Shown: in pieces, positions 22,479-33,030 of the stretch
Layout: the number at the start of each line of letters is the position of its first letter
How positions within the stretch are numbered: the stretch's first letter is position 1
Source of the DNA: Paramoeba atlantica
Taxonomy: Eukaryota; Protista; Discosea
Direction of reading: 5' to 3'
DNA: 64,000 bases
Assembly: GCA_977017575.1 (NCBI GenBank)
Contig: CDRNVI010000036.1
Location: forward strand, 62,001 to 126,000
Position numbers and translations under genes: made by a program
Notes under the pieces: model-generated
What the model saw: the letters and a program-made list of their open reading frames with translations, nothing else
Databases searched by the model: none
What the model was told of the DNA's origin: nothing

Positions 22479-23386
22479 CACTGTGCTAATGTTAAAAAGT
22501 TAATAATTCACCCGATTTCCACCATTTGCTACACACTCTTGCAGCCTTCTTTCAAAGGAGTCAACTACTGTTTGAGCCAGCTCACGAGCTTTTGGACTCC
22601 TCAAAAATTCTTCAGATACCTGGATAATCTCGGATTGCGTATTCGGACACTTTTTATTCTTCTCCTGTATTAAAAAAGACCAAAAATTTTCAATAGGAGA
22701 AAGGTCAGGAGAATCCGCCGGCCATTTCGGGAGAATAGCTCCATCGGAACTTTTGTAGGTGCGCAAACTTTGAGTACCTATTTCATCCCTCGTCCCCCAC
22801 CACATCATTGTCTTCTTCGCCGTATGTGGCGGTGCTCCGTCATCCTGAAAAATCATGTTAGGGTGAGATGCATGGTAAGGAATCCACTGTTTCATCAAGA
22901 TTTCCTTTCGGTAGTAATCATTTCCTAATTTGCGACCAGGAGGGGGGATCTCACGACTTTCACCGGGATACAAAGAGCGTGTGGCCTCGTGTGCGTAAAA
23001 CTCTGTAAAGTTGTTACACCAATGCCAAAGGATATTACCTTGAATGTCTATGCCACCCCAGAGCATGACTTTAGTGGGATGATGTACCCGCGATCGAGAA
23101 ACAACATCTTCATCACTTTGCCAAGCTTTTCGAGTACCGTCCCCGGCATGTACATACGTTTCATCAGTTATAAGGAGTTTCTTGAAAAAGAGTCCTCCTG
23201 TGAGTTGTTGCTCTTTCAACAAAGCCTGACAAAACAGCACCCGGGCTTCATTCTTTGCAGGGGTCAGATTCAGAGTGTTTTTCTTTCTTTTGTACTTATT
23301 CTTAAATAAGTAAAGGAGGTCGCGCAATCGATGGCGTTTAATTTGCATACTGTTCCCACTCAGTTCCGAAAATGCGCAACTCAGTG
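22479..23386 (-). mobile_element. Compact Tc1/IS630-type element, 908 bp, TA-flanked
   Basis: TA|CACTGTG...CTCAGTG|TA (short imperfect IRs) enclose an uninterrupted transposase ORF. Confidence 0.65.
22500..23348 (-). CDS. Tc1/IS630 DDE transposase (DD49E), N-terminal HTH mostly absent
   Basis: ITDET, KVMLWGGI, FQDDGAPPHT, WPADSPDLSPIENFW and RRLQECVANGG motifs. 49 residues lie between the second Asp and the Glu. Confidence 0.93.
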   Translation of the reverse strand: MQIKRHRLRDLLYLFKNKYKRKKNTLNLTPAKNEARVLFCQALLKEQQLTGGLFFKKLLITDETYVHAGDGTRKAWQSDEDVVSRSRVHHPTKVMLWGGIDIQGNILWHWCNNFTEFYAHEATRSLYPGESREIPPPGRKLGNDYYRKEILMKQWIPYHASHPNMIFQDDGAPPHTAKKTMMWWGTRDEIGTQSLRTYKSSDGAILPKWPADSPDLSPIENFWSFLIQEKNKKCPNTQSEIIQVSEEFLRSPKARELAQTVVDSFERRLQECVANGGNRVNY

Positions 23387-24039
23387 TACATGTAGGTCAA
23401 TCTATTTTGAATCATTTAGCAACGTACATTTAGTGACCAGAAAAGTGATTTTATTTCGATTCTCTAAATCTGTTTCTTCGAAAAATGATTCTTTTAAATC
23501 ACTGAAAAGTTTTCTGTCGAGATCTATGTGCGATCTTTTAAGATCCATCAAATTATCATGCACAAATTCGCTTGGTCCCCGCCTGGGAGTACACCATTGT
23601 CTGTGCAGCGAGGCTCATAGTCTCCGTACCCTTCGGGGTATAACCGCCGTAGACGGTAACGTGTTGGATGCCCATATGCTCCGTATCCTTCGAGACACAC
23701 TTGCCGCTGCTTTTACATTTATACCTCAGAATGATGGGCCGAAGGTAGGGACAAATATTTAACGAAAAATAATTTTTTTTCGAAATTGCTCAGAAAGATT
23801 TTTCGAACGTTTGAAGTCATGTTCAGCGTCTCTGAGCGCATAATTTTATAAATTTCTTTAGTAACATGGCATACCAATTCACTCTATCGAAACATTTCCC
23901 ATCGGTAGATCACCCAGAAAGGTAACATTCTGGTGGACAGTACAATATGGCAGCGTAAGGAGACGCTCTTGTGGGCGTTTGAACGCCCCTAACGACTACT
24001 TGGGACTGGTCAGTGACTTTTTTTTCCATGTTCTGACTT

Positions 24040-24171
24040 TTTTTTTGTGACAGAACCGCCTTAGTTATCTGTCGCACACTGATCAGCCAAGTTATCTGTC
24101 ACACCCCTACCTCCCTAGTTATCTGTCATCTTTCCGCGAAAAATAGTGACAGATAAGTAGGGGGGGTACAG
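24040..24171. mobile_element. Right terminus of a CTGT-C7-type TA-flanked element (copy at ~36185-36316)
   Basis: AGTTATCTGTC x3 followed by inverted GACAGATAAGTAGGGGGGGTACAG|TA. Confidence 0.6.
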
Positions 24172-24356
24172 TATTTGAATCGTTTTTGAAAAAAATCAAT
24201 TTTTCATCAAATATTTATCCCTACCGTCCACTAAACTTTATAAGCGTATGACAAATAAGAATGAAAATCGCTCCCAGTTTTTGAAAATGACTTTCAAACT
24301 CACTGATTCGTCGAACGGAACAACATACGAATTCCTGGACATTCAATACAACCATG

Positions 24357-24846
24357 CGCCGCCCCTCCGCCGCCCCCTGCGCTGCGCCCTCCGCTGCCCC
24401 TTGCGTTGCGCCCTGCGCTGCCCTCTGCGCTGCGCCCTCCGCCGCTCTTTCACTGCCCTCCTCACCGTCATCTTTCACCGCCCATTGGCCGCCGCGTTGC
24501 ACTCCTCTTCGCCCCCGTCGCCGTCCCCTTCGCCGCCCCATTAGCCCCGCTGCGCCCTCCCCGCCACCGCCCCATACTCCCCTCAAATGACAGTACCCCG
24601 TGCCAAAAAAAGGCACTAAATAACTAGGGTAGCTGTCATTTTGACAGCGCGGAATGGCACCGCCCGGTACCGAACGTAACGAGGTACTAAGTAACTAGGG
24701 TAGATGCCATTCAGGATAATCTTTGGAGCGTGTTGTTTTTTTAATCCACCCTAAAAAGTTGGAATGGTTTTCTTGGGTCAAGGGGCGCCTTATTGCATTA
24801 CCTAAGGTGTAGGGGCATAGCGCACCCCACCTCCCTAGCTAACAAT
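24357..24846 (+). ncRNA. Structured non-coding element, copy A (5'-deleted duplicate of copy B)
   Basis: 24-bp GC-rich repeats, two hairpin modules (24585-24641, 24652-24712), a three-way-junction motif (24776-24831), and a 3' end followed by ATTAATT. Confidence 0.6.
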
Positions 24847-25144
24847 ATTAATTAGCTATTTGTTTTTTTTTGCCACACTTCTATTGGGCAATTAAGTATA
24901 CACAACGGCAAGCCACGCGTCTCAAAAAGAACCAAAAATGCCGCAGTGCGTGCACTGTCAAATCTCGACATGGTTACTTCAAGTCCAAACCATTAGATTT
25001 AAACATACGTTACAACCAAGAAATTATGATAGACGTGCAATTTTGTATGCGGACGCCTCCATGAATGGATGGGGCGCGCTCCTCATTCTACCAACAGGCG
25101 AAGTTTATGCTACAGGCGCAGCATGGGAAAAATTCGTCGAAATA

Positions 25145-28100
25145 CCCCCCCTCTCATTAATAATTATAATTATAATCTATAAACCTTTTTAGTTTAATGA
25201 TAATAATAATAGCAATAATGACGGTGGAGGAAAGCTCGGATGGTGGGGTGCGCTAGGCCCCGGCATTGTCGTCGCACAGGCAATGCCTCCTGACCAAGAG
25301 TAGCTATCGAACGCCGTTCACTCGCCAATCATGGACGGCGGAGGAACTCATCATTGCGTTCCCTCGTTGCATCGCGATCCCTAGGCACATAAGTGCGTGC
25401 TTGACGAAGCCGCCCTGGTCCTTCGTAAAGCTTCCGCACTTGCGCAGGAAGGATAACGTCCTATTTCCAGGGACCCCAAAACATGTAAATGCCAGGGGAA
25501 AGAATCTCATACTGCGTGCCGATGCCATGTCTTCGTGCTGGCACATTTTTTGAGCTTCCGCCTTCTCCAGGGTGCTCCCTGGGAACTTCGCTTCTTTCTC
25601 CACGTAAGAAGGAGCAAGGGGATTTACTACTGTTACGTCTACCAGGGTCAGTTCATTCCCTAGTAGGAAACAAATGTCCGGGCCGCGGCCGTTGTCGAAC
25701 CTTGGTTCGTGTACATCCGGGGAAAATCCGTAGCGACGGAGGAGAGAGATGAAGGAAGATTTTACGATATGGTGCCGCGACGCCGATGTGTGCCCTTTGA
25801 CTCTCTTGCAATTCAGAGAGTGAACCACAAAATCAGTGTTCCGAAAAGATTCTCCACATTTGCATTGCACCTCTGTCCATGAGGTTGGGGCAATGAGGTA
25901 CCGCATCCTCATGGCCACTTCCCATTCCGCTGGGCGCATGAGGTATTCCGCTAGGTTGGGAAGAGCTTCCATCCATGAGCGAGACATTTTGTTGTGCAAC
26001 TGATTGACCAATACGGATTCCATGGAAGAAGTAATCTTTTCCTTATCGTCCGAGAGTCTCTGACACGGATTCGGTGTTTCGCTGGAGTTGCTTTCAAAAA
26101 ACACGGCCCATAACTTGGTGCACAAAGTGTGCTTTTTCCCCGAATGGCAAAGTGCCCAAGAGATGAATTGTGAAAAGGGATTTTGAGAACAGTTCATCTC
26201 CTGGACGCCCCAAACCACCCATAAGGAAGGAAGCACAATTTTGAATCGCCGAGTCCACTCTGCCGTTCGCCTTCTCCGTGACAACTGGATGATGACATCT
26301 TAGTATACGTGTATGTATACAGTATACAGTATGTATGGTTCCATCTTGGCGCACCACAGTAGCGCAGCACGGCCCAAGCACATTGCTTGGAGAGAAGAGG
26401 AATCTTTGAGATGAACTCTTCAAATTTCGGAACTTGATTCAAGCTCCAATTCGTCTCCCGGACAGGTTCGCAAGAGACGTATGCTCCCAGCAATTTCTGG
26501 CCGAAAGGGCTATGTTGTACCCCCAAAGATTCCAGAAGCTGAAATTGACACTGCTTTCTCGTGCTCACGTGACACTTAGTGCGGTTAATCAATAGACCGA
26601 GGCGTCCAAAGCGCTCTTCAAGTAAGAGGTACGCGCGATGTACGAGTGCGGGAGGTCCGAGGAACGCAACATCGTCTAGGTATGCGCGCATCGTCATGTC
26701 AGGACCGAGTTCCTCCGCAGTTGACCGCAGTGTCTCTTGTATAGCTAAAGAGAACAACAGGGGCCCCATAGGATCCTCCTGTTTTACTCCGCAAAAGCTT
26801 TTTGTTTGGTTGTCATTAAACATCAGCCAGCTTGGAGCTCCGTATGAGAACAGAGTGATCCCCATGAGTTCTTACAAAACAGGCGTTTTTCGGAGTGCCT
26901 CAATTATAAACTTTCTTTGAAGTGAATTAAAGGCATTGTTGATGTCCAAAGTCCCTAAGATGCTTTCCTGTTCATTTAGAAAAGATTGTCAAAGGGTCCA
27001 AATGATGCTTTCGCATCCGTTCGGAGAACCTGCTCCGTGCTGGACATTTCCAAATATATCCGGAAGAGACGGCCGGACTCCGCGGATGATGATGATACCA
27101 GCTAATTTCAGGAACGCTTCTCCCACTGCGATAGGGCGACAGGCCGGGAGCTCGTCAGTGAGGGGGGAATTCTCTTTTCGGATGAGCAAGAGTCGGGATG
27201 TCGTAAGTGCGTTTCGGAGATCAGGCTTTAATTTATTGTTTAGAATGCCTTCCAGGGTCCACACCAGGCATTCGAAGACTTCCAGGATATCCAAGAGAGG
27301 CAAAATCAACTCCCGGGTCCATCCCGATGGACCGGGAGCGGCCCCCCGTGCCATGCGAGAAACTCCGTCTCGGACCTCTTCCTCGTTCAATTTAACATCC
27401 TTCGTTGGGCGGATAGCTGGGTCTGGTATAAAGTAGCCTTTTTTGTGGAGTTTTTCCGCTACCCGTAGCGCGACGTCCGGGGGAAGAGGAGGAGTTAGTG
27501 AAGAGTCGAGCGCCCGTGCTGCTCTGCCCAGTGCGCGTGCTCTTGCCAATCGATCAGCTCTCAGTGTGCTCGATATCGGGCTCTGCATCCTTTTCTCTGT
27601 TTTCTCGTGAAAAGTTGGTTCCATAGAAGTGCTTCGGTAGCGTATTTCATGTGCCATGGCTCTTTCACTCATACGCTGTGGAGTAAGGAACAGATAGCGT
27701 TTTACAGCTTCAGTTAATTTCCATACAATCGCAATTTTCCCTTCTTGCGCGATTTCGCGAAAAGGAAGGCATATCTTCTTGCAGATCTCCTTCCACGGGG
27801 GTATCTGCGCATGGCGTACCGAACGCAAGGAAGGACGAGAAAGAAGCTCTGTGAAAGGAACTCTTACTTATTTTGTATTTTATGGTTCATGCGGACGATT
27901 TATGTCGTTTGCTATTCTTTCGAGCAATGTTCCTGCGGGGGACGCATCCTCCGTTCGCTCCGTGGGTAGGATGGGCTTGTCTCCGCGAGGCGATTTAGTT
28001 TATAATTATAATTATAGTTTATAATTATTAATGAGATTCGATAAGTGATTTTTTCTTATTATGGACTTCAAATTCTTGATTTTCGAGACACTTCGTTCAA

Positions 28101-28276
28101 CTTGGAAGCAATTTTTAGTGTAAAGTATGTGGTACAGGTGTCTTTCTAGATAAAAAATGAAGAATTTGAGGTTTATAATTATCTAAGTGAGAATCAGAAT
28201 TATAATCTCATTAAATTTCTATAAACGATCCCTTTAAAGATTTTTGGAGGTTTATAATTATTAATGAGAGGGGGAG
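25145..28276. mobile_element. TA-flanked MITE (~330 bp net) hosting the CRE-like insertion
   Basis: TA|CCCCCCCTCTCATTAATAATTATAA ... TTATAATTATTAATGAGAGGGGGAG|TA, with internal copies of the TTTATAATTATTAATGAG motif. Confidence 0.8.
25197..27993 (-). mobile_element. CRE/SLACS-like non-LTR retrotransposon, 5'-truncated, frameshifted
   Basis: GAAPGPSGW, RPIAVGE, QEDPMGPLLF, YLDD, CKC..HSLNC..SRHH, GPDI and VDVTV (RT + RLE). (TTA)-rich tail. 9-bp TSD TTTAGTTTA at 25188-96 and 27994-28002. Confidence 0.88.
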
Positions 28277-28693
28277 TATACTCAGGCGAGGCCATGGCAA
28301 AATACAACGCCCTTTCAGCATTCGTCAAGCACTGGGAGAATATCAACTTAATCGATTTACGTGTTCGCTACCGGGAACAAGTGTTTGTTCCGCGGTGCGG
28401 AAATAGTGGTCTGATTCGTACAATATGCCAACAGAAACTTTAACTGAAATTGTCAAGCTAGCGCATGAATTCATGTGTCCGAAGCCGCGAAAACGCCGCT
28501 GATTTTTGGTGTCGGAAAAGACTTTTAATCACAATTGCGGTGGTTGTAAAACTACCGCTCTACACTCGATTATTGAAAAAAAAGTGAACAAAAACAGTGA
28601 AAATATAAAGAGGAACACAGTAATATAATAGAAGAAAAAAATATAAAAGGGGGCTCCGGTGGTCCAAAACTGAAAAAAAAATTTGAAAAAAAT

Positions 28694-28779
28694 GGGGGGT
28701 CCATGGGGGGGTCCAGGGGGGGGGTCCAGGGGGGGGGTCCAGGGGGGGGGTCCAGGGGGGGGGTCCAGGGGGGGGGGGG
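28694..28779 (+). repeat. (G6-12 TCCA)n minisatellite with G-quadruplex potential
   Basis: Seven G-runs separated by six TCCA(T) spacers. Confidence 0.9.
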
Positions 28780-29357
28780 CATGGTCGATCAAATTTTTTC
28801 GAAAAAATTAGTTTTCGAAAAAAAACTGCAGAAAGGGTAGCCGGGGTCTTGGCGCGCATTTTCCACCCCCCTACCCGGGGGTAACCCCCCCGCGTATCCG
28901 CAGGACGGGTCCGCCAAGTTCGGATTTTTTCGGAAAAAATTTTTTGAAAAAAAATTCAACTTGGCGAAAAAAATGACAAAAAAAATATTTTTCCAAAATG
29001 GTTTCCCCTATTGTATTTTGATAGTTTGGGACCTACACTAGCTTTCTACGCAGTTGCTTTCGCAAGGTATCCCTTCTTCTAACCGTGGTGCGCCCCCCAA
29101 AATGACCCATTTTTGACTAAAAAAGGTGAAAAAGTATTTTTCGGACCTAAAGGGGCATTTTTGTGTCGAAAGAATGGTATGGTTGGAGTCGCATTCTCCA
29201 CCCAATACGTTCGGTAGGCTTCCATTCATACCTACGAGTGATTTCCCACGCGCAAATGTCGGATTTAGTGCTCTGAGAGCAAAAATATGCGAAAATGACC
29301 CCATTTTTACCCGAAATTCGGCTATTTTTGGCTATAATCTTTCCGTTTTCCAGGCTA

Positions 29358-29480
29358 AATTTTCTTTTTTAGGCTCTTCGCTAAACGCGGCGGTAGTTTT
29401 CAACGCGAAGCGCGCAGCATGAGTGACTTCTAAGTTGAAAGCAACCACCGCGTTTAACGAAGAGCCTAAAAAAGAAAATT
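29358..29480. repeat. Palindrome with 47-bp arms (4 mismatches) and a 29-nt loop
   Basis: AATTTTCTTTTTTAGGCTCTTCGCTAAACGCGGCGGTAGTTTTCAAC ... GTTGAAAGCAACCACCGCGTTTAACGAAGAGCCTAAAAAAGAAAATT. Confidence 0.92.
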
Positions 29481-29599
29481 ATTGCGGCGGCTGTATAACT
29501 ACCGCCGTACCCTCGATTATTGAAAAAAAGGTTCTGTACCTTGCTTTTTTCCCTCTACTCCCCCCCACCCCCTTTATGACCTCGCCACATACAAAGTGG

Positions 29600-31655
29600 G
29601 AAATCCTCACAGGCGTTGCAGGACTCTTATAAGAGACCACGCAACGTAGATAGCCCATCCGCAACCTCTCTGACAGGTGCTGTACCGAACGCCTCCCGAG
29701 TCAGCCCTGAAGCTCCTATGAGAGGTTCACCTGAAAAGAATGAAACCGCAATAAATACAACTCGTTGATGTAAACATATTTGTAATGACAAATCAAAATG
29801 CGGCCATCCTTGCTGTAAGATTGCTCCGAGTCCGCCGTCCACTCAACCTCTTGACATTCTACCATGTAAACACCCCTGTAAGGACAAGAGTCTGTGCGGC
29901 CACCCCTGTTGTAAGAGACATCTTATTCCTATTCAACACGCCGTTCCATCTAACACAAAGGGGGAAGCCCGCGTTCCCGAGACTAGCAACACACATGTAA
30001 GTCCATTGTTGCGCATCTCGCCGCGCATTCACGTGCGGTGTCGCAGCTGCATCACTTTCGTCCGAGTCGGAACCTCGAAGGACGGACATCCGCTCGCGGC
30101 GCTCCTCCGGACTTAAAGACCCATTATGGATTCAGATAAACGGTCTCCAGTACATCTGGTGGAACGTGCTGGAACTGTGGAAAAAGGGGGCACCAGGCCC
30201 GGAACTGCAAAGCTAATCAACATCGCGACCGTGGGAAACCATTCCTCCCTAGACATGGCAAACGCAGGCGCGATGAATAAACATTGAACCCCAAAATTAA
30301 AATAAAGTATGAAAGAAAGAGTGGAAAGTAAAGTATGCATTCGTATCGAACACTAGAAAAGTATTGTTTTCACGTACATTTGATAGAGACTCAAAACAAC
30401 TCAAAATTTGTTTAGACCCCAAGCCGCATGGCTCCATCACACGTGACCAGCTTCGCGTACTATCCACATATTGTATTGACCAGAGAGAGATTACGTATTG
30501 GTTACTTTGGCCTTTTGCGACACTCTGAACTCGTAGGTCTTCAGACATCAGATGTGGAAATCAGCGGAAGCGATGTACTAATAAAAATTGGTAGAAATTT
30601 CTCTTTCCGACTTGGAATAAGGTGCAAGCCAATCGCTTGATAGCGGCCGCGCGATTTGGATGGAACGGCCAACAAACATGGTCGTTCCACTGTCTGCGCC
30701 ACGGCTGCGCTGGACACTTGACATGGCAAGAAGTTGATCTGAGCACGCGTCTTCGAAGAGGGCGCTGGATGTCAGAACTCACTGCAACACGTTACTCTAT
30801 GGAATAAAATAAATAATTTACAATCAGTCCCATTATTGTAAAGCATACAATGTATGCATCACTAGAACACTTTAGATAAACAGGTGATAGGTAGAATCGT
30901 ATCGAGAAGAACGAGAGATATGGGAACACACCTGCACACTGTCAATAAGGTAAAAGTCACAATAAACAGTGACAAGTGGACTAACTATAAAAGTTAAGAA
31001 ATGTGGAGATAGTGGCTGTGTAGGAGATAGATCACCTATAGTAGAAAAATTTATACATTGTATGATATAAATTATACTTCAAACACACTTCGCACACAAA
31101 ACAATGGATACCGAACTTCTAAGCTCTGAACTCTCCTCCCCTTTCGATACGTACTACGCACCGGAGGATAGCGATTTTCGCAGACGCGGAAGTTTTGCAC
31201 ACGACTCGGATACTCTCTACCCTCTACAAAATGTAGGTGGTATCCGGTTAGATAGCGCAGGCCTAGACCGCTTCGACAGGCAATCTCCCTTTTAGGCACT
31301 GATCATTTGCACCCAATACATTTAAAGACTGAGCCAGACTCCTCTCAGTATAGGAGGCACATTCGTTACCTACAGGAATCTGGGGTATTAATATCGACTA
31401 CAAAGGAGATGGTCCGAGGGTTCGGAAAGTACATAGCAGTACTTACGGATGGGACGTATTCGCGAGCACACACCATCCATTTTTCATCGAGGAACCTGCT
31501 TAGATCTCTATGTTGACATAGAGACGCATCGTGTTCGGCTGCGCTCAACAGAAAAATTTCGCATTCTTCCGGAGTATCAGAAGAACTAGAGAATGTTCTA
31601 AACCTGCTAAAGAAAAAGGGTATTGCCGTCCAAGCACGGTACGTAAATACAAACC
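29600..31655 (+). mobile_element. Tyrosine-recombinase retroelement remnant (gag-YR-RT/RH order, TATE/VIPER/DIRS-like)
   Basis: CCHC knuckle CWNCGKRGHQARNC (~30166-30207). YR motifs GYFGLLRHSEL, SFHCLRHG and GRWMSELTATRY (30428-30807). Decayed RT/RH pieces lie at 31100-31655. Confidence 0.75.
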
Positions 31656-32146
31656 TCGTTGTATCTTGTTGAAGTACCTTGTTGAATTATTTTTTTATTG
31701 TTGAAATATTTCCCCCATGTGCCCCTTCACCCCGCCCGGAAGAAGAAAACCGCCGTGCTGCTACCGCTTCCCTCATCGCCCCCCACCCCCCGCCGGCATC
31801 ATTACCGCTCTCTTGGCCACCCCTCGCGCCAGCCTCTTGGCCGCCCCTTCACCGCCCCTTGTGCCGCCCATGTGCTGCCCCGTGTGCCGCCGATGCGCTT
31901 CCCCTTGTGCCGCCCCCTGTGCCGCTTTTCTTGGAAAGGTCTACCCGGTACCAACAAAGCAAGGTACCAAACAACTAGGGTAACACTCTTTCCCGTGACG
32001 GAGTTGCCCGGTGTCAGAAAAACAAGACACCAAAGAACTAGGGCGAAATCCACACACACCAAATGGTCAAGGGCATCGCCTAATTAGGCGACGTTGGGGC
32101 CTAGCGAACCCCACCTACTTGAGCTCCTTGGCGCGCGACCAACAAT
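31655..32146 (+). ncRNA. Structured non-coding element, copy C (divergent subfamily)
   Basis: Shares the 5' block GTATCTTGTTG...ATTTCCC.CATGTGCCCC.TCACCCC with copy B. Has GC-rich repeats, two hairpin modules (31933-31993, 32000-32051), a three-way junction (32065-32115) and a 3' AACAAT. Confidence 0.6.
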
Positions 32147-32373
32147 CTGTAGGCAAAGGTTGACAGCACCATTGTATTATTTATTGGCTTCCTCAACAGG
32201 AAGATAAAGTCAGGTGCGTATCTTCTGTGGTCGAGGGCCCATTGCCGTTACTTAGAAGTACTCATAATGAATGTAAAAACCATTCATCATAGTGGCAGTT
32301 AATAATTATTATAATAGAAATTATTAATAATTTCTATTATAAAAAAAATCCCAATTATTAATAATTATTAATA

Positions 32374-32440
32374 CTGTCCCCCCCCGTTTAAGCGCACCTC
32401 GTTTTCCGTGAAAAGTGCGCTTAAACGGGGGGGTCTGAAT
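32374..32440. mobile_element. Left terminus of a CTGT-C7-type TA-flanked element
   Basis: TA|CTGTCCCCCCCCGTTTAAGCGCAC...GTGCGCTTAAACGGGGGGGTCTGAA. Same layout as the left end at 61808. Confidence 0.65.
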
Positions 32441-33030
32441 CAGTACGTAAAAAAAAATCTTCAATGGTACTTGAAAAGATCAAATTTGCGGCCGTATATG
32501 GGAAAAATGTATCTAACGGGAGGAAATTTCACTTTCTTTCGGACTGACACAATGTTCGGCAGGTGGACTAAGGAAGGGTGCGGCGAAAGACACGGAATTG
32601 TCCGATTGTGTGCATCAACCAAGGGTCACGAACACGTTAAAAACTTTATTGTAATACTTTTATGGCACTGGAAACGTAGTATACATGTAAATGGTTGATG
32701 GTTGCACTGAAAGTGTATATAAAGCGCTCCCTGGTACCATAGTGTCCGATTGAATTTTAATTTTTCACGCTCAGGGCATCGTTCAGAAGATCTTAATAAT
32801 TATTAATAATCGCTAATATTTTTTTAATAATAATCATTATTAAAGCCCAAATTTATCAATAATTCTGTCACTATGCCCAATACAAACATTTAATTCGATA
32901 GTCGAATCCTATATTCTACACTCCGTTTTCAAAGCATCTAGATAAGAAAATGAATATTACAAAAAACGTCTCGCGTCATACTGTGCCATCCACAGGAGAG
33001 GTGCGCATCCGCGACGACAAAACACGAAAA

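Larger units (their letters stand above)
23387..25008 (+). repeat. Segmental duplicate of 35522-37403
   Basis: Near-identical sequence. This copy lacks ~36503-36760. Confidence 0.9.
24230..28450 (+). pseudogene. TATE/VIPER-like RT-RNase H remnant, interrupted by the structured element, a MITE and the CRE-like element
   Basis: YEFLDIQYNH, HFYWAIKY and ILYADASMNGWGA (DIRS-type RNase H). After 28278 it continues EAMAKYNALSAF...IDLRV. Confidence 0.6.
28534..29529. other. Non-coding module bounded by hairpin-bearing ~49-bp direct repeats
   Basis: ATTGCGG(T/C)GG(T/C)TGTA(A/T)AACTACCGC...CTCGATTATTGAAAAAAA at 28534 and 29481. Contains a G-run minisatellite and a 123-bp palindrome. Confidence 0.6.

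Noticed and set aside
23578-23705. CCGCCTGGGAGTAC resembles 5S/16S rRNA snippets, and ACCC-TTCG-GGGT resembles a UUCG hairpin ncRNA
   Set aside because: The match is only ~14 nt with no surrounding rRNA structure. The UUCG is lost in the 35770 copy, and the duplicated motif reads equally well as decayed antisense coding (EGYG x2).
24221-24627. Pro/Ala/Arg-rich ORFs in several frames (also 31679-32087, 36599-37023, 28529-28859)
   Set aside because: These are by-products of GC-rich tandem repeats that are open in most frames.
25100-28300. Spliced-leader RNA gene expected around the CRE-like element
   Set aside because: No SL-like exon/GT donor or Sm-site pattern is recognisable; the flanks are MITE subterminal repeats.
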